From contig JBDHKN010000055.1 in assembly GCA_039586365.1 (NCBI GenBank), positions 1 through 36,552 of the forward strand: a stretch of DNA of 36,552 nt. Direction: 5' to 3'. The translations under genes and the position numbers were made by a program. Below, piece after piece: positions 26,822-36,552 of this stretch. This stretch comes from Gemmatimonadota bacterium (GTDB taxonomy: Bacteria > Gemmatimonadota > Gemmatimonadetes > Gemmatimonadales > GWC2-71-9). The notes under the pieces are model-generated. The model was given only the letters and a program-made list of their open reading frames with translations. It had not been told where the DNA came from and did not search any database. The first letter of the stretch is position 1. Each line of letters begins with the position of its first letter.

Positions 26822-27661
26822 TCACCCTAGAAACCAGTCCAGCGCCGCCTCGGAGATCTCCGCAGGGACCTCGTGGCCGCCGTCGAATTCCTGGTAGTTC
26901 ACCTCATAGCCCGCGTCCCGCAGGGTGGGCACGATGGCCTCGCGACTCCCGCTCACTGGAAGGACGCTGTCTTCAGTGCCATGGGACACGAAGATCGCCG
27001 GCTTCCCCACACTCTGCTCCGGGCGCACGTAGAAACCCGGAGAGTAGGCCGCCAAGTGACTGAACAAGTCCCCGTTGGGGAGCCCGAGGGAAAGCGCGTA
27101 GGATGCACCGTCTGAGAACCCGCCCAATGCGATTCGCCCCGGATCGACCCGGCAACGCTGGAATGTGTGCTGTAGGGCACCATCGAGGAATTCAACGTCC
27201 GGTCCGAAGCCACCCAACAACACATCCCACGTGGAGGAACGAGAGTCAGGGGCCAAGAAAATCATGCCCCGAGTTTCCGCCCGCGCGGGATAGCTCGCCC
27301 AGTTGTCGGCTGCTCCGCCGGCGCCGTGCAGTCCGATGAATAGCGGTGCCGGAATGTCCGCAGAGTAGCTCTGCGGCACGTACAGAAGCCCGTCCCGACC
27401 GTTGCTCCCCAGACCAAGCTCACTGAGCCCTGTCGTGGGCGTCTCCGTGGGCGTTCCAGGACGGGCCGTGAGTCTTGGGTCGGAGCCGGGCTCTGTGGGA
27501 GTGTTGCGACAACTCAGAACGAGGGGCGCAGCCAAAACGCTCATGCTTCCCATGAGGAAGTCGCGCCGGGACATGCCTGGCCGAACACGCGCGACCGCGC
27601 TGGGTGTTGTGAGGTCCTCGGTCCTGAGTCCTGTTCCCGCGTTGGTTGGTGTGCTAGCCAC
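26822..27661 (-). CDS. Phospholipase/carboxylesterase (alpha/beta hydrolase), Tat-exported lipoprotein
   Basis: SRRDFL twin-arginine motif, LVLSC lipobox, LHGAGG, GFSDG nucleophile elbow, SHGTED, FDGGH. Start uncertain. Confidence 0.88.
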   Translation of the reverse strand: MASTPTNAGTGLRTEDLTTPSAVARVRPGMSRRDFLMGSMSVLAAPLVLSCRNTPTEPGSDPRLTARPGTPTETPTTGLSELGLGSNGRDGLLYVPQSYSADIPAPLFIGLHGAGGAADNWASYPARAETRGMIFLAPDSRSSTWDVLLGGFGPDVEFLDGALQHTFQRCRVDPGRIALGGFSDGASYALSLGLPNGDLFSHLAAYSPGFYVRPEQSVGKPAIFVSHGTEDSVLPVSGSREAIVPTLRDAGYEVNYQEFDGGHEVPAEISEAALDWFLG

Positions 27662-27885
27662 TCGAATCAGCCTCTCGGTTGGCGCCGTGGGTTGTCAGCA
27701 AGCATCGTAAGGTAATAACCCACCAGGCCGTACCGGTTCTCCGAGTACCTGGATGGCGCCGTTGGGTCAGCTCCAGCCAAACCGTCCCAGGCACATTGAC
27801 CTGTGGTCCCGACGTTGGCAACAACCAATTGAAGCCAGCTCCTCGCGTGAAGTGTGCGGGGGGGGTCCTCGGATCTGCACGAGGG

Positions 27886-27926
27886 TTGACAATCTAGCCA
27901 TCAGATTGTACTAATACACTAGAACA
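27886..27926 (+). promoter_or_regulatory. Promoter (-35 TTGACA) with adjacent YtrA-type GntR operator
   Basis: TTGACA at 27886-27891; imperfect palindrome TGTACTA-N6-TAGAACA at 27907-27926 upstream of the GntR gene. Confidence 0.7.
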
Positions 27927-27959
27927 CTAGTCATCTATTGATTTGAGGGCTACGGAGCC

Positions 27960-28334
27960 TTGGAATTCTCAATCGACTCAAAGAGCGGGGTCCCGTTCTA
28001 CCGGCAAATCATCGAGCAGGTGAAGTTCGCCATCGCTGGTGGGAATCTGCAACCGGGCGATCGCCTGCCTACGGTTCGGCAGCTAGCGGTGGACCTCTCC
28101 CTCAACCCCAACACAGTCATCCGCGCCTACCGAGAGATGGAGATCGAGGGCCTGCTCGACACCCACCAGGGGTCCGGGACGTTTGTCGGCAATCGCAGTC
28201 CTGGAATCGATCCCGTCGAACGGCAGCGGATGCTCGATCAGATCCTGACCGAACTACTGGCCCGAGCCTCGGACTACGGATTCACGCTCGATGAAGTCCT
28301 CAAAGGGCTGCGCCAGCGAAAGGAGAAGTCATGA
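27960..28334 (+). CDS. GntR-family regulator, YtrA subfamily
   Basis: SGVPFYRQII...LQPGDRLPTVRQLAVDLSLNPNTVIRAYREME.EG...GSGTFV with a short two-helix C-terminus. Confidence 0.93.
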   Translation: MEFSIDSKSGVPFYRQIIEQVKFAIAGGNLQPGDRLPTVRQLAVDLSLNPNTVIRAYREMEIEGLLDTHQGSGTFVGNRSPGIDPVERQRMLDQILTELLARASDYGFTLDEVLKGLRQRKEKS

Positions 28335-29449
28335 TGAGCCGAACACCCAAAGCCTCCGGCATCAGAAGGACGCTGTACGAGATCTCTCTGGAGAAGTTTG
28401 CCACCACAAGTCGCGCGGATTTCCGCTTTGCGCCACTCAACACCCTACTGCTGGTGGCGTTCTTCGTGATCGGGCTCGTGGTGCACCTCAGCGTCCACCC
28501 GTTCACCATGCTGGCCGTCGCGCTCTCACTCGGCTCGGCGCTGGCCCTAGCCGTTCTACTGCGACTCACCCAAGTGTGGGAGGCCGTTGTCGTCCTCGCC
28601 ACTGCCAACTGTCTCGCCGTCTACCTCGAGCTGCGGCCAGAGAGCGAGATTCTGATCGCGAGCACCGTTGTGGCACTGCTTGTGGCTCCATCGGTGCAGA
28701 TAGCCTACCAATGGGAGCGTGCCGTGCTGCTCCGATTCGGGAAGTTCCGGGGTCTGCGTAAGTCGGGGCTGTTTGTGCTGGTTCCGGTGATCGACAAGGT
28801 GGCCCAGTTCGTTGACCAGCGAATCCGGGTCACCGACTTCAGTGCCGAGACGACCCTTACCGCTGACACCGTGCCAGTGAATGTGGACGCCATCGCGTTC
28901 TGGATGGTGTGGGACGCGCAAAAGGCTGTTCTGGAGGTCGAGCATTTCGACGACGCGGTGATTCTATCGGCTCAGACCGCGCTCCGAAACGCTATCGGAA
29001 AGAACGACCTCGCCGTGCTGCTTTCTGAGCGTGACCGGCTGGGCCAGGAAATCCAGAAGCTGCTCGACGAGAAGACCAGCTCCTGGGGCATCACCACCGA
29101 GGCAGTCGAGATCCGCGACATAATCATCCCCAAAGGACTGGAAGACGCCATGTCGCGCCAGGCGCAAGCTGAGCGGGAGCGCCAGAGCCGCATCATACTC
29201 GGGACTGCCGAGACAGAGATTGCGGAGAAGTTTGCACGGGCCTCGGAGCACTACAAAGACAACGCCGTCGCCCTGCACCTACGGGCCATGAACATGGTCT
29301 ACGAGGGACTGAGGCAGAAGGGCTCGATGATCATCGTTCCTTCCACTGCCGTGGAGACGATGGGGCTCGGTGCACTCGGCGGGCTGACCGCCTTCGGGCA
29401 AGGCGTGTCGCCGGATCCAGCCAAGACCGAGACAGCTCCGGCGCCATGA
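28331..29449 (+). CDS. SPFH/stomatin (slipin) family protein with extra N-terminal TM helices
   Basis: QWERAVLLRFG, DQRIR, LTADTVPVNVDA, AQTALR, AMSRQAQAERER, ALHLR. Confidence 0.92.
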   Translation: MMSRTPKASGIRRTLYEISLEKFATTSRADFRFAPLNTLLLVAFFVIGLVVHLSVHPFTMLAVALSLGSALALAVLLRLTQVWEAVVVLATANCLAVYLELRPESEILIASTVVALLVAPSVQIAYQWERAVLLRFGKFRGLRKSGLFVLVPVIDKVAQFVDQRIRVTDFSAETTLTADTVPVNVDAIAFWMVWDAQKAVLEVEHFDDAVILSAQTALRNAIGKNDLAVLLSERDRLGQEIQKLLDEKTSSWGITTEAVEIRDIIIPKGLEDAMSRQAQAERERQSRIILGTAETEIAEKFARASEHYKDNAVALHLRAMNMVYEGLRQKGSMIIVPSTAVETMGLGALGGLTAFGQGVSPDPAKTETAPAP

Positions 29450-29513
29450 CACGCTGAGCCATCGAGTCGGTGGCGGATCGCCATTTGGGCGCGTGCGCTG
29501 GAGGAGGTGTACG

Positions 29514-31082
29514 ATGAAGAAGACCGCAATTGTTGTTGTTCTCGTTGTCATACTGAGCCTGCTGGTGGCCTGCTCAGCCGAGGTTCCGTCCACGCCAGAT
29601 CCTGCAGCCCGCAGCGGGACCGATGTGTCTCCCCTCCCGCTGCTACTGCCGCAGTCCACTCTGTTAGCCGCAGAGCTCCGTGACCTTGCGGCACGCTGGT
29701 CAGAGATCCGAGCCATTCGGCCTATAGCCGAGTTCCAAGACCGGTTACTGGCAGGCATGGGCCTCACGGCCGAAAACCTGCAACTGCTCCTAGGTGACCG
29801 GGCCATCTTCGCGCTGGTCTCCGGCAGCGACCGCATCTTGTGGCCCCTCGCCTTGCTGCGACCCCCGAAAATAGACCAGGCGGAGGCGCTGCTCGATTCA
29901 CTCGCCGTTTCTTGGACCGTTATCAGGGCGCGTGAGGCCCTATGGATTGGACCAAAGAGCGTCGCCGAAGAGCTGGAGACAATGGCGCTGGGCGACGGAA
30001 CGAGTTTGGCTCAGGTCGTTCCAATGGATGAGGTGAATTCGCGCCTACCGGCCGGGGGCCTGGTCCGTGGATGGGTGAATCCCGTGGCCGCCCGCCAGTT
30101 GCTCCGGGTCCGCCTTGGCAGGCCATGGTCAGCGACCCTGGATCTAGTCAGGGGGTTGATCTCAGCCGAACTCGAAGTGGTGCGGTGGATCGGGTTTCGC
30201 CGTGATATCGCCCAAGGCAGGGTTGTCACCGATGCCGTCGCCGTCTACGACACGAGGGGGTTGCCTCCAGAGGTGGCCCGCCTTTTCGATCCGGGCGCCT
30301 CGTCCCCTCAACTCCCCTCGCATCTGCCTGACGACGCAGCAATCGCGGTGGCGTTCAGGCCAGAGGCGCACAGCTACCTGCCTTGGCTGCGGTACGTGGC
30401 TGCGAGCGAACCCGAAGGTCCGCTGCGGAATCTGGATTTCTGGATCGACGAGTTCGAGGAACGCTGCAACATGAGCCTCGAGCGTGACTTGTTCCGCACC
30501 ATCGGCCAGCATGGCTGGCTGCTCGTCTTTGAGAACCGTGGTGCGGAGGCTCCTGCATGGGTGATGGTTCTCGAGACCTCACAGGCGCACCAAGCCGAAG
30601 CCACGATACTGGGACTGCTCAGTTGGAGTGCGGAACACGCTGGGGTGCGCACGCTCGGTCTCGCGAGGCCCCGGGTGCAGGACGACACCGTGAGTGGCAG
30701 GCTCACCCACCACGTTATGGTCCGGACGCCATTCCGACAGCTAGCCGGACCCAGCTTCACGGCCGTGGACGGCTATCTCGTGGCGGGAGTCGGGGAGCAC
30801 GCAATCCGGACCGGTCTGGCTCTCATCGACGTGCGGGCGTTCCCCGCAAGTGAGGCCACTGGGATTGGGCCCCCGGCCCACGCGTCACTGCAGTTGCGGG
30901 GTCCCGCTCTGGGTCACCTCTCGGGTTCTCCACTGGACGCCTTTACAGCAGCCGGGGAGGAATTCGATCTAGCGGTGGCGGTGGTTGGCCTGATAGCCGC
31001 CGTCTCGGACGCATCGACCCGCCTTTGGTACGAGGCCGATGGGATCCAGCTGCACGCGGACATCTCGCTGAGCCAAGATTGA
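29514..31082 (+). CDS. Hypothetical lipoprotein
   Basis: GGAGG RBS; MKKTAIVVVLVVILSLLVAC lipobox. Confidence 0.75.
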   Translation: MKKTAIVVVLVVILSLLVACSAEVPSTPDPAARSGTDVSPLPLLLPQSTLLAAELRDLAARWSEIRAIRPIAEFQDRLLAGMGLTAENLQLLLGDRAIFALVSGSDRILWPLALLRPPKIDQAEALLDSLAVSWTVIRAREALWIGPKSVAEELETMALGDGTSLAQVVPMDEVNSRLPAGGLVRGWVNPVAARQLLRVRLGRPWSATLDLVRGLISAELEVVRWIGFRRDIAQGRVVTDAVAVYDTRGLPPEVARLFDPGASSPQLPSHLPDDAAIAVAFRPEAHSYLPWLRYVAASEPEGPLRNLDFWIDEFEERCNMSLERDLFRTIGQHGWLLVFENRGAEAPAWVMVLETSQAHQAEATILGLLSWSAEHAGVRTLGLARPRVQDDTVSGRLTHHVMVRTPFRQLAGPSFTAVDGYLVAGVGEHAIRTGLALIDVRAFPASEATGIGPPAHASLQLRGPALGHLSGSPLDAFTAAGEEFDLAVAVVGLIAAVSDASTRLWYEADGIQLHADISLSQD

Positions 31083-31638
31083 CGCGGAGGATCCGCTGGG
31101 GACGACCGGGGCGTGGACCTCACAAACCAACCTTGAAGACGGCCATCAGGTGGGTAGAAAAGATGCCGGCACATCCCCCTTTCGTTTCTGCTCGCCGATC
31201 AGGCCTGAAAGAACATGAGGGCGAGCCCTTGACACCACCCCCCCGGATGATCTGCTGGACTTGTCTGGCTCTCGCTTGTGGGTTCTCGGTCTTATCCCCG
31301 GGTCCTCAGGCAACATACGGTGTTCTCCACCGACGTGTCGATGGGCGCGTTTGCGATCCCTACAACTTATGGCTGCGGGGTTCGGTGGAGAACCTGCGGG
31401 AGTCAGACACCCTATGGGGATTGCTGGCCCCACAGCCACCCTTTCTGTGACGGTCAGCAACGCGGGAAGAAGGTTGTCCGATGTCATGCTGTCCACCCAG
31501 GTTCCCCCGAGCATCATCGTATGGGCTCGATGAACCGGGGTTATGATCGGTGGAAACTCGGTCGTGTGAGCGGTCCGATATGCGTTAAGATTATCCTCGG
31601 CCTTCGATCCAAGAACAACTCGCGACAGGTGAACCAAC

Positions 31639-32090
31639 GTGACCGGTGAGACGATTGTATTCGGATTCTGCGCGGGTGTTGCCGCCACGGTGACGATGGA
31701 CCTGTTGGCGAGCGCTTCTCGGAGGGTCGGCCTTGCCGCGGGCGCGAAGGGGCAATGGGTCGGTCGATGGTATCTCGGCATCGCCCGGGGCCATTTCGTC
31801 CACTCGAACATCGCCGTCGCTCCGGAACAGACCGGTGAAAAGCGGGCCGCATTGGTCGGGCACTATGCGATCGGAATCGCACTTGCAGTGCTCTATATCG
31901 CCGGGGCCGGCTGGCTGGGCGTCTCGCCGGATGTATTCCTCGTCGCGCTCGGCTACGGGTTCGCCACCAGCGTCTTTCCCTGGTTCCTGGTGTTCCCTGC
32001 ATTGGGCTTCGGGTTGTTCGGTCTGAAGGGACCGCCGGAGTTGAGGCTGTTCACATCGAGCTTGATGAACCACCTCTCCTACGGCTTCGG
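31639..32090 (+). CDS. DUF2938-like membrane protein, apparently lacking its own C-terminus and stop (in frame with the downstream VOC gene)
   Basis: GVAATVTMD, VGRW...G.FVH..I, GHYAIG, PWFLVFPALGFG, SLMNHLSYGFG; sequence becomes non-hydrophobic afterwards. Confidence 0.7.
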
Positions 32091-32259
32091 GCGTACCTGG
32101 CCACCGACTTTTCACAGTGCCCGAAGCCCCAGACCCGATGAACCGGATCTCGTACTCGCCGCTCTCGGCCCGTTTTTCCAGAACGAAGCCAGCCGCATTG
32201 AGATGGACTTGGTGCTCAGGACGGCGCGGGGCCGACAACCCCTTTCCCTGGAGGTGCTC

Positions 32260-33030
32260 TTGGCAGAGAACAAGCTCGGTCGGTTTGTCTGGTATGACCT
32301 CATGACGACCGACAAGGAAGCCGCACAGGCGTTCTACAGTAAGGTCATCGGATGGGGAACCATGGAGTGGAACGGCCCCACGCCTTACACCTTGTGGACC
32401 CACGGGCCGGACGCCCCCCTCGGCGGGATCATGGATGTTCCCGACGAAGCCAAAGCGTCCGGCGCACCGCCGCACTGGCTAGCCTATGTCTCGACCCCCG
32501 ACTGTGCGGCCACTACTAGCAAGGCCGTCGAGCTGGGCGGAAAGATCCTGAAGGAGCCCACTGAGATCCCCGGCACAGGGACGTTCGCCGTGCTGGCCGA
32601 TCCACAGGGCGCTGTGTTCGCCATCTATCAGTCCAACGTCGGTATGCCCGAGGACGCGCCGGCCGAGGTGAAACAGTTCTCGTGGCACGAACTGGCAACC
32701 ACGGACTGCGACGCCGCGTTCGACTTCTATGCCAAGCTGTTCGGCTGGTCGCAGACCGACGAGATGGACATGGGTGAGGCCGGCATGTATCGCATGTACG
32801 GTTTCGAGAAATGGCCGCTGGGAGGCATGTACAACAAACCGGCCGAGATGCCAGTCCCGGCTTGGCTCTACTATGTCAGGGTGCCGGATGTGGGGGCGGC
32901 CGTGGAGCGGGTAAAAGCCGAAGGTGGCAAGGTGCTGAACGGCCCCATGGAGGTCCCCGGCGGCGACATCATCGCGCAGTGCGTGGATCCCCAGGGCGTA
33001 GTGTTCGCGCTGCATTCCAGCGCATCGTAG
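32260..33030 (+). CDS. VOC/glyoxalase family protein with two VOC domains
   Basis: GGAGGT at 32250-32255 before TTG 32260. GRFVWYDLMTTD...FYSKVIGW and FSWHELATTD...FYAKLFGW; two DPQG motifs. Confidence 0.9.
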   Translation: MAENKLGRFVWYDLMTTDKEAAQAFYSKVIGWGTMEWNGPTPYTLWTHGPDAPLGGIMDVPDEAKASGAPPHWLAYVSTPDCAATTSKAVELGGKILKEPTEIPGTGTFAVLADPQGAVFAIYQSNVGMPEDAPAEVKQFSWHELATTDCDAAFDFYAKLFGWSQTDEMDMGEAGMYRMYGFEKWPLGGMYNKPAEMPVPAWLYYVRVPDVGAAVERVKAEGGKVLNGPMEVPGGDIIAQCVDPQGVVFALHSSAS

Positions 33031-33135
33031 AACACGTCTCTGCCAGGTCATTCCCCCCTTCACTGCGGTTGGAAGGGGGTTGATGCTTGGCGGTGACGGA
33101 CCCTAGCTTCAGATTCGCGGTCGGGACTATTGGTT

Positions 33136-35835
33136 CTACTCGGCCCTAAGCGTCTCCATCGGGTCGGTCTCCGAAGCTTTCCGCGCCGGCAGGTAGCTGG
33201 CCGTCAGGGCAACCGCGGCCAGCAGTGCCGAGACTGCAACGAAGGTTCCCGTGTCGCTCGGAGTGATGCCGAACAGCAGGCTCTCCAGAGTGCGTGTCAG
33301 CGCCAGCGCTCCCCCGACTCCAAGCGCGACCCCGAGCGCGGTGAGCAGAATCCCCTGTCTCAGGATCAAACCGACGACGCTCACCCGGCCCGCGCCGAGC
33401 GCCATGCGTATGCCGAGCTCCCGCTGTCGTTGCTGCACGGAGTAGAGTATCGAGCCATATATGCCACCGGCTGCCAACAGGATCGCCATGGTGGAGAACG
33501 CGATCATCAGCGCGGACAAAAAGCGCGGCGCCGCGATCGACCCTCCCACTAGCACGTTCATTGGGGCGATCTCACGGATCGGTTGATCGGAGTTCACGGC
33601 CCACACGGCTTCACGGATGTCGTTGGCGAGCAGTGACGGGTCGAGCCCAGATCTGACGGCAAACTGAATCCGTCCGAAGAAGCCGCCGAAGACATTGTAT
33701 GGGACATACATTTCGAAATCGCTGTCGCGGTACAGGCCCCAGTGCAGGATGTCTTCCACCACGCCAACGACGTGCCCGCGATATTCCCGGAACCAGATGG
33801 TGCGACCTATCGGATCTTCTGTGCCGAACAACCGATCCGCGAGGCGGACGTTGATGACGAGCGGTACGGCTGCCGAGTCGAGGTCCGATGCGGTGAACTC
33901 CCTGCCACGGATCACCTGGGTTCCTATCGTCTCGAAGTATCGTGGTGTTACCGGGTGTATGACCGGGTCGGGTGCGTCTTCGATCTCTTCCGGCGTCGCG
34001 CGAACGTCGCTCAGCCAGCAACACATGGTGCCCTGGCCTCCGGTGCCGAAAGGAATCGTCACGCCGGCTGCCACGCGCTCGACGCCCGGGATCGCCGCGA
34101 ACCGCTGCAACAGGTCTCCAGTGACGCGAATGCGCTCGGCCTCGGGTGGCTGATCCAATGGGGCCGGCCGGAATCTGAGCGACACGGAAACGAGATGATC
34201 GGTTTGGAACCCGGGATCGATGCTCTTCAGCCGCCTGAAGCTGTTGAACAACAGGCCGGCACCAACCAACAGCATCAGCGCGACAGCGATTTCCGCGACG
34301 ACGAGTGTATTGCGCAACTGGCGGCGCCCACGGCTCGCGGTCTGCGTGCCGGACGCGTCTTTCAGTGAGTCGGTCACGTCGACCCGCATCGCTTGCACCG
34401 CTGGCGCCAGACCGAACAGGATGCCGGTGAGCGCCGACACACCGAGGGCGAACGCGAGCACTCGCAGATCGACGGTTATGCTCTCCGCTCGAGGGATGCC
34501 GCCCGGGTTGTACAGCTCGAACAGTGTCACACCGCAATAGGCGATCGCGACGCCGAGCAGACCGCCGCCCAGGGAGATCAGCATGCTCTCGGTCAGGAGC
34601 TGGCCCAGGACGCGGGTGCGTCCGGCTCCAAGCGCTCCCCTCAAGGCCATCTCGCGCTGGCGCTCCGTGCCTCGTGCGAGGAACAGGTTCGCCACGTTGG
34701 CGCAGGCGATTACGAGCAGCAGCCCGACGGCACCCAGCAGCATGTAGAGCACGGTCGCCGCATCTCCCACGATGGCGTCCTGCAAGGAGAGCACGGTATA
34801 GCGGCGTGGTGTGCCGTCCCGCCGCAAGGCGTGTTCGGGATGTTCTTCGGCCAGGATGGTGGTGAGCGCGTTGATGTCGGCTTGAGCGGCGTCGCGGTTA
34901 ACCGCGGGTTTGAGTCGGGCGACCACCGCGAGGACGTACATGTTGCGGTTCGCGACCTCGGGGTTCTGGAGGTCGAGCGGCAGCCATACGTCGATCTCGG
35001 ACCCCACCATCGCGCCCGGTGGTTGAAACTCGGAGTCGAGTACGCCCACCACGGTGGCGGGCTCACCTCCCAGCGTGATTGTATTACCGATGAGATCTCT
35101 GTCGCCACCCCAGCGCGAGTGCCACATCCGGTTGCTGACCAATGCCACCCTGGGCGGCGACTCGAACTCGTCCGGCGCAAACAAGCGACCCGTCCCAGCT
35201 CGGGCGCCTAGTACGGAGAAGAAGTCGCGCGTCACCAGGCCGATGCGGATGGTTTGCGGTTCTCCATCGCCGGTCAAGTCGACCTCGCGGTCCCACACTC
35301 CCGCCATCGAGGCGAACGAGTTAGTTCGGTCGCGCCAATCCAGCATGAGCGGCACTGGATGGGCCGGGTTGCCAAAGAACACCAGCTCGTGGGGGTCGGG
35401 GTAGGGCAGTCGTTTTAGGAGCACACCGTCGACCACGCTGAAGATGGCCGTGGTGGCCCCGATCCCAAGCCCCACGATGGCGATGACGGTGAGCGAGAAC
35501 CCCGGCCGCTTGGCGAAGGACCGTACGGCGTAGCGCACGTCCTGGATGAGCGATTCCACGGTATTGCCTCTTTTCCTAGGTCCCACCGGCTGCTTCGAGC
35601 CGAGCTGCGTGGTGGGTCGGTGGCGGGCGAGGATATAGCGCCAGCCGATGGCGAGCGCCTGTCTGCGGTACCAGCCGCGCGCCAACCGCGTCATGCCCAG
35701 CCGGCACATCTCGACGAACTCCTGTCTCAGGTCGCCGAGAATACTACGCCCGCGCGTGTCGGCCGGGAGGCAGCGGCTGAGCAGAGCCTCAGCGAGTGCC
35801 GGCGGATCGGGTATGGCTTGATGCGGCGCGGTCAC
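33136..35835 (-). CDS. ADOP-type duplicated ABC permease (MacB-like, no ATPase)
   Basis: Prefix domain (PPALAEALL...GDLRQEF), QDVRYAVRSFAKRPGF, LGIGATTAIFSVVDGVLL, IACANVANLFLARG, RQRELGIRMALGA, PARKAS..DPMETLRAE. Confidence 0.93.
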   Translation of the reverse strand: MTAPHQAIPDPPALAEALLSRCLPADTRGRSILGDLRQEFVEMCRLGMTRLARGWYRRQALAIGWRYILARHRPTTQLGSKQPVGPRKRGNTVESLIQDVRYAVRSFAKRPGFSLTVIAIVGLGIGATTAIFSVVDGVLLKRLPYPDPHELVFFGNPAHPVPLMLDWRDRTNSFASMAGVWDREVDLTGDGEPQTIRIGLVTRDFFSVLGARAGTGRLFAPDEFESPPRVALVSNRMWHSRWGGDRDLIGNTITLGGEPATVVGVLDSEFQPPGAMVGSEIDVWLPLDLQNPEVANRNMYVLAVVARLKPAVNRDAAQADINALTTILAEEHPEHALRRDGTPRRYTVLSLQDAIVGDAATVLYMLLGAVGLLLVIACANVANLFLARGTERQREMALRGALGAGRTRVLGQLLTESMLISLGGGLLGVAIAYCGVTLFELYNPGGIPRAESITVDLRVLAFALGVSALTGILFGLAPAVQAMRVDVTDSLKDASGTQTASRGRRQLRNTLVVAEIAVALMLLVGAGLLFNSFRRLKSIDPGFQTDHLVSVSLRFRPAPLDQPPEAERIRVTGDLLQRFAAIPGVERVAAGVTIPFGTGGQGTMCCWLSDVRATPEEIEDAPDPVIHPVTPRYFETIGTQVIRGREFTASDLDSAAVPLVINVRLADRLFGTEDPIGRTIWFREYRGHVVGVVEDILHWGLYRDSDFEMYVPYNVFGGFFGRIQFAVRSGLDPSLLANDIREAVWAVNSDQPIREIAPMNVLVGGSIAAPRFLSALMIAFSTMAILLAAGGIYGSILYSVQQRQRELGIRMALGAGRVSVVGLILRQGILLTALGVALGVGGALALTRTLESLLFGITPSDTGTFVAVSALLAAVALTASYLPARKASETDPMETLRAE

Positions 35836-36125
35836 GATTCGTCGAGTACCGTCTCCAGCGCCTCGATACCAGTCCTGGTCACGCGGAAGCGCCGCATGGG
35901 GTGGCCACCGCGGTCAGGAACCGGACCACCGCTTTCGACTTCCCACTCCAGGTATCCCTTGGCCTCGAGTCGATCGAACGTGCGGTAAAGGGCCCCGCGC
36001 GAGACCGAGCGTCCGGCTGAGCGTTCCAGTTCTCTGCGTATGTCCACCGCGTAGGCTGCTTTGCCGTGCTTCAGCACTGCCAGCAGGACCATCTGCTCGA
36101 ACTCGCCGATAAACACCTTGCCCAT
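35832..36125 (-). CDS. PadR-family transcriptional regulator (ADOP-associated type)
   Basis: GEFEQMVLLAVL, GRSVSRGALYRTFDRLEAKG, RGG..RRFRVT..G. Overlaps the ADOP start by 4 nt. Confidence 0.92.
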   Translation of the reverse strand: MGKVFIGEFEQMVLLAVLKHGKAAYAVDIRRELERSAGRSVSRGALYRTFDRLEAKGYLEWEVESGGPVPDRGGHPMRRFRVTRTGIEALETVLDES

Positions 36126-36149
36126 GAGACGACCTCGGAGTCGCTATTG

Positions 36150-36177
36150 TATACGCCGCAAAGTATAAAAAGTATAA
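36150..36177 (-). promoter_or_regulatory. Putative PadR operator / AT-rich promoter region
   Basis: Palindrome TATAC-N8-GTATA (36150-36167) plus tandem AAAGTATAA (36160-36168, 36169-36177), about 25 nt upstream of the padR start. Confidence 0.55.
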
Positions 36178-36552
36178 ATTGTAGACCTCGATTTGGAAAG
36201 AGCTTGTCGACGGCGCACTGTGTTGGCATCCGTCAGCCATCGATCGCCAGTTCGAATCATCTCGTCGAAGCTCCGATGACCGACTCGACGCGGTGAGCGG
36301 CCAGCGCGCCGGGCTGACTAGGCTGCGCACCGGCTCGCTAAGGTGATTCGGCTTGCCCACGAAGGCCGTCGCAGGTCGAATGATCGATGCGCCCTGAAAA
36401 TCAGCCCCAAAATCCCGTGCTCCACTGCTAGCAGCCTGCAGCCTTTGCTGGTGTGGGGCTTCCGGCTCGCCGCGCTAGTCGTATCGAGCCGGCGGTGGCG
36501 TTGCGGACGGAATGAGGACACTAAGTCGCCGACGCACAACGACGGTCGCGTA

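Noticed and set aside
36318..36539. 73-aa minus-strand ORF at the right edge
   Set aside because: No RBS or recognisable sequence features; cannot be supported.
1..36552. CRISPR arrays, tRNA/rRNA genes, transposases, integrases, defence systems
   Set aside because: No regularly spaced direct repeats, tRNA cloverleaf signatures or recombinase/transposase motifs were seen; the many long antisense ORFs are shadows of real GC-rich genes.

Overview
A gene-dense, GC-rich bacterial chromosomal segment with no rRNA, tRNA, CRISPR array or intact mobile element that I can see. Gene content (ADOP permease plus PadR, archease plus archaeal-type RtcB, a binding protein plus chemoreceptor pair, outer-membrane lipoproteins) suggests a diderm such as Gemmatimonadota; this is inference only. 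From left to right: (1) an AraC / pseudo-receiver / MerR-like regulator trio; (2) lemA-htpX-plsB-like genes; (3) an RNA-processing cluster (YhaM-like HD exonuclease, archease, RtcB); (4) hypotheticals, a LivJ/K-like binding protein and an MCP; (5) lepB, a TolB-like protein, a beta-barrel/lipoprotein pair and P5C dehydrogenase; (6) a CbiMNQO/NikMNQO-type ECF transporter; (7) an accessory-looking right end (Tat esterase, YtrA-type GntR with SPFH protein, DUF2938/VOC chimera, PadR-ADOP). The standout is the intergenic region just downstream of rtcB (~8799-9227, minus strand). It has its own sigma70-like promoter and intrinsic terminator and is densely covered by complementary segments that imply two nested multibranch domains plus several pseudoknots. 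It lacks the hallmarks of RNase P RNA, tmRNA, SRP, 6S or group II introns, so it is a candidate uncharacterised ~430-nt structured noncoding RNA. All family calls come from motif recognition by eye; no database search was run.
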